This document shows, piece after piece, positions 58,314 to 64,000 of a stretch of DNA of 64,000 bases. Each line of letters begins with the position of its first letter. Within the stretch, counting starts at the first letter, position 1. A model generated the notes under the pieces. That model saw only the letters and a program-made list of their open reading frames with translations, was not told the DNA's origin and made no database searches. Made by a program: the position numbers and the translations under genes. The stretch is from an uncultured Gemmatimonadaceae bacterium (GTDB taxonomy: Bacteria; Gemmatimonadota; Gemmatimonadetes; Gemmatimonadales; Gemmatimonadaceae), in assembly GCA_963790305.1 (NCBI GenBank), contig CAWBOC010000005.1, positions 352,001 through 416,000 on the forward strand, written 5' to 3'.

Positions 58314-59513
58314 CTACGCCGGAACCTCGCGTCGCCGCGCCAGGCTGCGGATGGCGAGAATGCCCGCGATAGGCCCAAGGGCGAGCATCCCGAATGCGGC
58401 TCCCCACCCCGCGCGCTCGACGACGGGAGGAATCAGCTGAATCGAGATCAGCGTGAGGAGGAAGCCGAGGCAGGTCTGCGTCGTGAGCGCGGTCCCCACG
58501 GCGTGGGGAGGCACCGCTTCCGTCACGAGCGCGCTGAATTGTGCACTGTCAGCGATGACGAAGAAGCTCCAGACGGCAACCATGGCCGCTGTGAGATGCA
58601 GATCCAGCCCGAAAAACGCCCCCGCAAGCAGCGCGCAACTTCCGCTGGCCGCGAGCGCGATCGTGATCACGCGCTCTCGCCCGCGACGGTCGGCAGCCAC
58701 GCCACCCCAGACGCATCCCAGGGCGCCAAAGGCAATCACGAGGAACACCGTCAACGCAACCGTCTGCTCGCTGGAAGGCGTGCGCGATGCCGCGGCGCTG
58801 GCGGCGAGAAATGCGGGGATCCAGGCCCAGAACGAATAGAGCTCGAACATGTGGCCGAGGTAGCCTCCGGTCGCCAGGCGCCAGCGGCGGGTGCGCACGA
58901 CGGTTCGCACGAGTCCCCAGGAGAACGGGCGCGATGCGAACGGATACGGGCCGTCCCGGTAGGCAATCACGACGATGCCGGCGCCGGCAATCGCGAACAG
59001 GGATGATCCGAGAATCACCGGCGCCAGATCACCCCAGGCGAACGCCTTCACGAGAAAAGGGAGTGCCTTCCCGATCGTCAACGCCCCGACGATGATGCCG
59101 ATGGCGAGCCCACGCCGCGAGCGAAACCACGTGGCCGCCATCTTCATCGCCGGAGGATACACACCGGCGAGAAAGAATCCGGTGAGAAACCGCGACGCCA
59201 ATGCGACGGGAAACCGGTCGCTGACCAGCAGCAGCCCATTGGCCATCGCGCCTAACGTGGCACACGCGGCTACATAGTACCGTGACGGTACTAAATCGGC
59301 GAGGTTGAGCACCGCGGCCAGCGCCGTCCCCACGACGAACCCGAGCTGAACGATGGCGGTGAGCCACCCGACCTGCGCTGCATCCAGGGTCCAACGCGCC
59401 TGAAGAACCGGAGATACCGCCGTGCCGGCGAACCAGAGCGACATCGCCAACAACTCGGCGACGGCGAGCAGAGCGAGCGCGCGCCAGCGGAGGGGATGCG
59501 AGTCCTCGTTCAC
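58314..59513 (-). CDS. MFS transporter
   Basis: 12 TM pattern, GVYPPAMK, GHMFELY, ADSAQFS. Confidence 0.9.
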   Translation of the reverse strand: MNEDSHPLRWRALALLAVAELLAMSLWFAGTAVSPVLQARWTLDAAQVGWLTAIVQLGFVVGTALAAVLNLADLVPSRYYVAACATLGAMANGLLLVSDRFPVALASRFLTGFFLAGVYPPAMKMAATWFRSRRGLAIGIIVGALTIGKALPFLVKAFAWGDLAPVILGSSLFAIAGAGIVVIAYRDGPYPFASRPFSWGLVRTVVRTRRWRLATGGYLGHMFELYSFWAWIPAFLAASAAASRTPSSEQTVALTVFLVIAFGALGCVWGGVAADRRGRERVITIALAASGSCALLAGAFFGLDLHLTAAMVAVWSFFVIADSAQFSALVTEAVPPHAVGTALTTQTCLGFLLTLISIQLIPPVVERAGWGAAFGMLALGPIAGILAIRSLARRREVPA

Positions 59514-60946
59514 GCCAGCGCGCCAAGCATTGCGCGACCGATGCGATCTGCATCCCGCGGGACTTCCTGAACAGCTCCGCCAAATGCGACAATGACACGG
59601 TCGGCGAGCGCAAGGAGCTCGTCGAGGTCGCTCGCGTATACGACGACGGCGGCTCCCGCATCGCGAGCGGCGACGAGGCGGCCACGGATGGACAGCGCGG
59701 CGCGCACATCGAGCCCCTGCGTGGGATTTTCGGCGACGATCAGCGGCGGGCCGTCATCGAGCTCTCTCGCCAATACGAGTTTCTGCTGGTTTCCGCCCGA
59801 CAGCGTCCGAGCGGGCGCGTTTACGTTGCTGACGCGGATGCCGTGCACGTCAACGAGTGCACGTGCGCGTCGCGCAACGTCCTGCCAGGGGATGCGACCG
59901 CGCGCGCGCGCGGCGTTTCGTAGGGCGATGTTCTCGGTCACCGAGAAGGTCGGGATGAGCGCATCCCGCTGGCGATGCTCGGGAATGAACGCGATATCTC
60001 GCGGGACGCGTATCTCGCCACCGGAGGGCGCGAGTCGTCCTGCCAGCGCGAGCAACAATTCGTAGTGCCCGGACCCTTCGACTCCCGCGATTCCCAGAAT
60101 TTCTCCCGCACGCACGCTGAGCGACGCGTTGCGAATTCGGGCTACGCCGTGTGTGTCACGAAGCTCGACGTCGCGAAGCTCCGCGACGAGCGGACCGGCT
60201 TCTCTCGGTACGGAATGGGTTCCCTCGAGACCGACTCCATCAGGAAACATCGTCCGAGCGAGCTCGTCCTGCGAGATCGCCGTTGCGTGGGTGGTCAGGA
60301 CCGTCCGCCCGCGGCGCAGCACCGTCACCTCATCGGCGATGGCGAGTGCTTCCCGCAGCTTGTGGGTGACCAGCACCACGGCGCCTCCGTCGTCGGCGAC
60401 CCGCCGTACGAGCGACATCAGCTCCTGAGCCTCGGCGGGCGCGAGGACTGCTGTGGGCTCGTCCAGGATCAGGGTTCGGGCCTCCCGCGAGAAAATCTTG
60501 AGGAGCTCCAGCTTCTGTTGTGCAGCGGGAGGCAGATCGCCAGCGCGAGCCATGGGGTCGATTCTGAGCGACGTTTTATCCGCAAGTGCGCGGACGTGCT
60601 CGGCGGCTTGGCGAGGGTGATACCGTCCGCTGCCGCCTAACGCAACGTTGTCGGCGGCGGTCATCGCCGGCACGAGGGAGAAATGCTGCTGAACCATGCC
60701 AACCCCGTGAGCGATGGCATCGGCCGGCGTGCGCAACGTCACGGCGTGTCCGTCGAGCTCCACGACGCCCGCATCGGGTCGCTCGAGCCCGTATGCGATC
60801 CGCATGAGGGTGGTCTTCCCGGCGCCATTCTCTCCCAGTAACGCGTGGACCGTTCCGCGTGTCACGGTGAGCGACGCGCCGTTCAGGGCCGCAACTGGCC
60901 CAAATCGCTTGACAATCGACCGAAGCGAGAGCGCCGCTGCCGTCAC
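59510..60946 (-). CDS. Nucleoside/sugar ABC ATPase (tandem NBD)
   Basis: GENGAGKTT, LDEPT, LSGGNQQK. Confidence 0.93.
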   Translation of the reverse strand: MTAAALSLRSIVKRFGPVAALNGASLTVTRGTVHALLGENGAGKTTLMRIAYGLERPDAGVVELDGHAVTLRTPADAIAHGVGMVQQHFSLVPAMTAADNVALGGSGRYHPRQAAEHVRALADKTSLRIDPMARAGDLPPAAQQKLELLKIFSREARTLILDEPTAVLAPAEAQELMSLVRRVADDGGAVVLVTHKLREALAIADEVTVLRRGRTVLTTHATAISQDELARTMFPDGVGLEGTHSVPREAGPLVAELRDVELRDTHGVARIRNASLSVRAGEILGIAGVEGSGHYELLLALAGRLAPSGGEIRVPRDIAFIPEHRQRDALIPTFSVTENIALRNAARARGRIPWQDVARRARALVDVHGIRVSNVNAPARTLSGGNQQKLVLARELDDGPPLIVAENPTQGLDVRAALSIRGRLVAARDAGAAVVVYASDLDELLALADRVIVAFGGAVQEVPRDADRIGRAMLGALA

Positions 60947-61722
60947 AATCCGGTCGGTGCGTCCAGAAACACCCAAGGCAGTCCGAACGTCTCACCAAGC
61001 TCTGCGGCAATCGCGCGAACTCCCAGGGTCTCCGTGGCGTAGTGCCCGGCGTAGATGATCGTTAGGCCGGCTTCTTCGGCGTCGATGGCCGTCCAGTGTG
61101 GACCTTCGCCGACGATCAAGGTGTCGATGCCAGCGAAGATCGCCTCACGAAGGGTCTCCTGACCGGCGCCTGCTCCCGTGCAGATCGCCCAGCGTTTGGT
61201 GACCTTCGTGCCTATGTCGCCTGCCGTGCGCACCTCATGGCCGTGCTCGCTGGCGAATCGAGCCGCGCGGGCCACCAACTCCACGGTGGGTACGTCGCAG
61301 GCTCCGGCAACACCGATGTCGACTGTCTTGTACCGTGCGAACCCAGCCGATGGCTCGAGGCCGAGCGTGCGAGCGAGCAGCGCATTGTTTCCCAGCTCGG
61401 GATGCATGTCGAGTGGGAGGTGAGCGCTGTACACCGCGATATCATGCTCGAGGAGCAAACGCACGCGACGCAGAAATGCCCCCCGCAGGGGCTGTGTGCC
61501 GTTCCAGAACAACCCGTGGTGCACAATGAGCAGGTTCGCGCCGGCCGCGGCCGCGGCGCGAATCGTCCGCTCGCGAGCATCAACTGCCGCCGCGACCCGC
61601 GTGATCGGCGCCTCCGTTTCGACCTGAATGCCGTTGAGCGCGCCGGAGAAGTCTGGGACTTCATCGACGCGCAACACCGCATCGAGATGACGGGCGATAT
61701 CCGCGACGGTGACCCCGTTCAC
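60943..61722 (-). CDS. Nif3/YbgI (DUF34) dinuclear metal protein
   Basis: NGIQVE, VHHG, HLPLD.HP..GNN, GHYATE. Confidence 0.92.
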   Translation of the reverse strand: MNGVTVADIARHLDAVLRVDEVPDFSGALNGIQVETEAPITRVAAAVDARERTIRAAAAAGANLLIVHHGLFWNGTQPLRGAFLRRVRLLLEHDIAVYSAHLPLDMHPELGNNALLARTLGLEPSAGFARYKTVDIGVAGACDVPTVELVARAARFASEHGHEVRTAGDIGTKVTKRWAICTGAGAGQETLREAIFAGIDTLIVGEGPHWTAIDAEEAGLTIIYAGHYATETLGVRAIAAELGETFGLPWVFLDAPTGL

Positions 61723-62765
61723 GGACCGCGACCGACGGAATCGACGAATTCGATGCGCGGTGGCTGCAGCTCGCCCCTGATGATGCGCCGCTCAATCGAG
61801 TCGACACGGGCGAGCACCTCTGGGGCAATACGGGCTCGCCAGGTGGGGTTGAGCACGAACCTGGTTACGCCGGTCGTGCTTCCCAGGCGCAGAACACCCG
61901 GACGAAACCGCCCTTCCTTCACATCTCGGGCGACGGAGACAAACGCATGTGGGAGATCGATGACGACGCTCCCGATGATGACGTCCGGAGCGACCGCGTT
62001 CTGATCGATGTTGGCGCCGAAGACGGCCACGCCTTTCGATTCTCGGGCTGCCTGAAAAATCCCAAGGCCCGCGGCGTCTGCGTTTTGAAAGATGAAGTCA
62101 GCGCCCCGCCGAATCTGCGCGATTGCCTGCTCCTTGCCGGCGCTCGCATCCTCCCAGTTGCCCACATACGAGGTGAGAATGCGCACGCGCGAGTTGACCG
62201 CGCGTGCGCCAGCCTCGAAAGCGGCGAAGCTGCTGCGCACCGGCGGGATTTCCGTTCCACCGATTGCGCCGATGACATTCGATCTGGTGAGGGATCCCGC
62301 GAGAACCCCCGCTACGTACGAGGGGTCCTCGAACCCGAACACCATGGGCGAGACGTTAGGCGCCACCCGGCTCCCCGATGTCGTGATGAAAACGGTGCGC
62401 GGAAACTCCGGCGCGACCCGCTCGGCGGCATCCTGAAACTCGAAGCCATGGCCGAAGACGAGCTGGTACCCTTCCGCGCCGTAGTGTCGGAAGTTCTCCT
62501 CGAAGTCGGCGGGAGTCCGCGTCTGGATGTGACTCACCGAGGCGTCGAGTGAATCGCGGATGCGCATTAGTCCCTGATATGCTCCGCTGTTCCATGCCTG
62601 GTCGGAGATCGGGCCCGGTGTCAGCAGGGCTACCTTGAAGTCGCTAGCGGAGGACGAGGGCGCGCGCGATTCCCGGCTGGCTTCGCCGCACGCGAGGGTG
62701 AGCAGAAGTGGAATGGCGTGGAAAGCTGTGGAAAAGCAGCGGCGACTCGACGGAAAAGCGACCAT
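61719..62765 (-). CDS. BMP family ABC substrate-binding lipoprotein
   Basis: TLAC lipobox, DQAWN, GHGFEF, GADFIF; start uncertain. Confidence 0.9.
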   Translation of the reverse strand: MVAFPSSRRCFSTAFHAIPLLLTLACGEASRESRAPSSSASDFKVALLTPGPISDQAWNSGAYQGLMRIRDSLDASVSHIQTRTPADFEENFRHYGAEGYQLVFGHGFEFQDAAERVAPEFPRTVFITTSGSRVAPNVSPMVFGFEDPSYVAGVLAGSLTRSNVIGAIGGTEIPPVRSSFAAFEAGARAVNSRVRILTSYVGNWEDASAGKEQAIAQIRRGADFIFQNADAAGLGIFQAARESKGVAVFGANIDQNAVAPDVIIGSVVIDLPHAFVSVARDVKEGRFRPGVLRLGSTTGVTRFVLNPTWRARIAPEVLARVDSIERRIIRGELQPPRIEFVDSVGRGP

Positions 62766-62799
62766 AAGCGCTGATGGCGTCGGTGGATGCGTGGTGTGG

Positions 62800-62841
62800 A
62801 AAACGAAACGCGAGGCAGGGCGGTTGAGCCCCTGCCTCGCG
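62800..62841 (-). terminator. Intrinsic terminator after bactofilin
   Basis: CGCGAGGCAGGG / CCCTGCCTCGCG stem then TTTCGTTTT on the minus strand. Confidence 0.75.
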
Positions 62842-62873
62842 TAGTATACGCGGCTTGCGGTCGCGCGGTGAGG

Positions 62874-63317
62874 TCAGCGCACGACGGCGACTGGTTGCTT
62901 CTCCTTCGAGGAGTATTCCTGGCGCTGCGTCGCTTCGGAGACGTCAGCGATGCGGACCGTCCCGTTGATCCGACCACCTTCGGCAACGGCGATCGACTTG
63001 GTGTTGATGTCTCCGACAATCGTCGACGTCGCCTGTATCTCGAGACGCTCCGTGGCGCTCACCGTGCCTTGAACCTTGCCGCCGATTACCGCCTCGCGGG
63101 TGGTGATGTCGCCTTTGACTTCGCCCTGGCGACCGATGAGGACCTGGCGACCGGCGCGAATCGAGCCTTCGACTCGACCCTCGATCTTGATCACGCCTTC
63201 CGTCTCGATGTCGCCGATCACGCGCATTCCGCCGGCGATGATCGAGAGTGTGCCTTCGCCGTTACCGCCGGTCTTCCCGTCGCCCGCCGGCGCGGGTGTG
63301 TCCTTGAAGATCGCCAT
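62874..63317 (-). CDS. Bactofilin
   Basis: Beta-helix repeats IGDI, IEGRVEGSI, VKGDI, VQGTV, EGGRING. Confidence 0.93.
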   Translation of the reverse strand: MAIFKDTPAPAGDGKTGGNGEGTLSIIAGGMRVIGDIETEGVIKIEGRVEGSIRAGRQVLIGRQGEVKGDITTREAVIGGKVQGTVSATERLEIQATSTIVGDINTKSIAVAEGGRINGTVRIADVSEATQRQEYSSKEKQPVAVVR

Positions 63318-63320
63318 GAG

Positions 63321-64000
63321 TCATTCCTTCTTCTTGGTGATGAGCAGCATCGGATCCACGGCCGCGCCACCCTGACGGACTTCGAAGTGAAGGTGCGGCG
63401 CCGTGGACTGACCAGTGTTTCCCGAGAGGGCGATCGCGCGGCCGGACGGAATCTTTTCCCCCTGCTTCACGAGAATCTGGCTCGCGTGGGCGTAGAGCGT
63501 TTCGTACCCGTCGCGGTGCTCGAGTCTCACGAACTTGCCGTATTTCGCGTCGTCCCCCACTTCGACGACTGTCCCACCTCCAGCGGCACGAATTGGTGTG
63601 CCGACTGGGACGGCGACGTCGAGCCCGGGATGCGGGCCACTGTAATCGGTGGAGTCCGCGCTTCCTCGTGTCACGTATCCCTCGACCTCGAGCGGCCACA
63701 GCGACGGAAGCGTAGGCGTTGCGGTGTCCGCCCTGGGCGGTGGCAACGGTGCGGCGACCACGGGCTCCTTCGCAGCCGTCACCGGCCCACTCGCTCCCAT
63801 CATCGTTTGCACCTGGAGGAACCGCCGCTCCATTTCCGCGAGGCGCGCTTGCAGGGTGTCGAGCTGCTGCACTTCCTTGCTAAGCGTCGTGACCCGTCCG
63901 GTGAGGAATGGAACCCGAGCGGCCTGCGCGGCGAGATAGACCCAGCTGATGGTGCCGACAGTGAGCAGCGCGCCGCCTACGTACAGTGCCATCCGGAGGA
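63321..64000 (-). CDS. M23 peptidase with TM and coiled coil (5' end outside window)
   Basis: HPGLD, YAH, GNTGQSTAPHLHFE. Confidence 0.92.
   Translation of the reverse strand, partial: LRMALYVGGALLTVGTISWVYLAAQAARVPFLTGRVTTLSKEVQQLDTLQARLAEMERRFLQVQTMMGASGPVTAAKEPVVAAPLPPPRADTATPTLPSLWPLEVEGYVTRGSADSTDYSGPHPGLDVAVPVGTPIRAAGGGTVVEVGDDAKYGKFVRLEHRDGYETLYAHASQILVKQGEKIPSGRAIALSGNTGQSTAPHLHFEVRQGGAAVDPMLLITKKKE

Noticed and set aside
1..64000. tRNA, rRNA, prophage or defence-system genes
   Set aside because: None recognisable by eye; a covariance-model and HMM scan would be needed to exclude them fully

Overview
A 64-kb piece of core chromosome from a high-GC bacterium, probably Gemmatimonadota (inferred from the style of L34, AraC and GWxTD proteins). 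It spans the replication origin: mnmE-MBL-yidC-yidD-rnpA-rpmH <> dnaA-oriC-dnaN, followed by rnpB. The left arm carries cystathionine beta-synthase, penicillin acylase, mutS, holA, a sulfatase, an ECF sigma/anti-sigma pair, two M16B protease heterodimers around a queD/PCD pair and a YncD/PqqU-like TonB receptor, a beta-CASP RNase and upp. The right arm carries pyrE, kinases, GWxTD-SLT, a cold-shock protein, polA, a type IV pilin, a nucleoside-type ABC operon and bactofilin-M23. I saw no phage, IS, CRISPR or tRNA. The strongest unexplained signals are: (1) variant DnaA boxes (NNTTCCACA), a B. subtilis-like unwinding element at oriC, and a second phased box cluster about 26 kb away; (2) a GC trough with CTAG enrichment over housekeeping genes at the origin; (3) rnpA lacking a canonical start and an M16 gene apparently starting at CUG; (4) three frameshifts all at AGA(A)TG; (5) heptamer-built palindromes at gene junctions; (6) a candidate sigma54 regulon that includes an ECF sigma factor. 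All calls are by eye, with no database searches.
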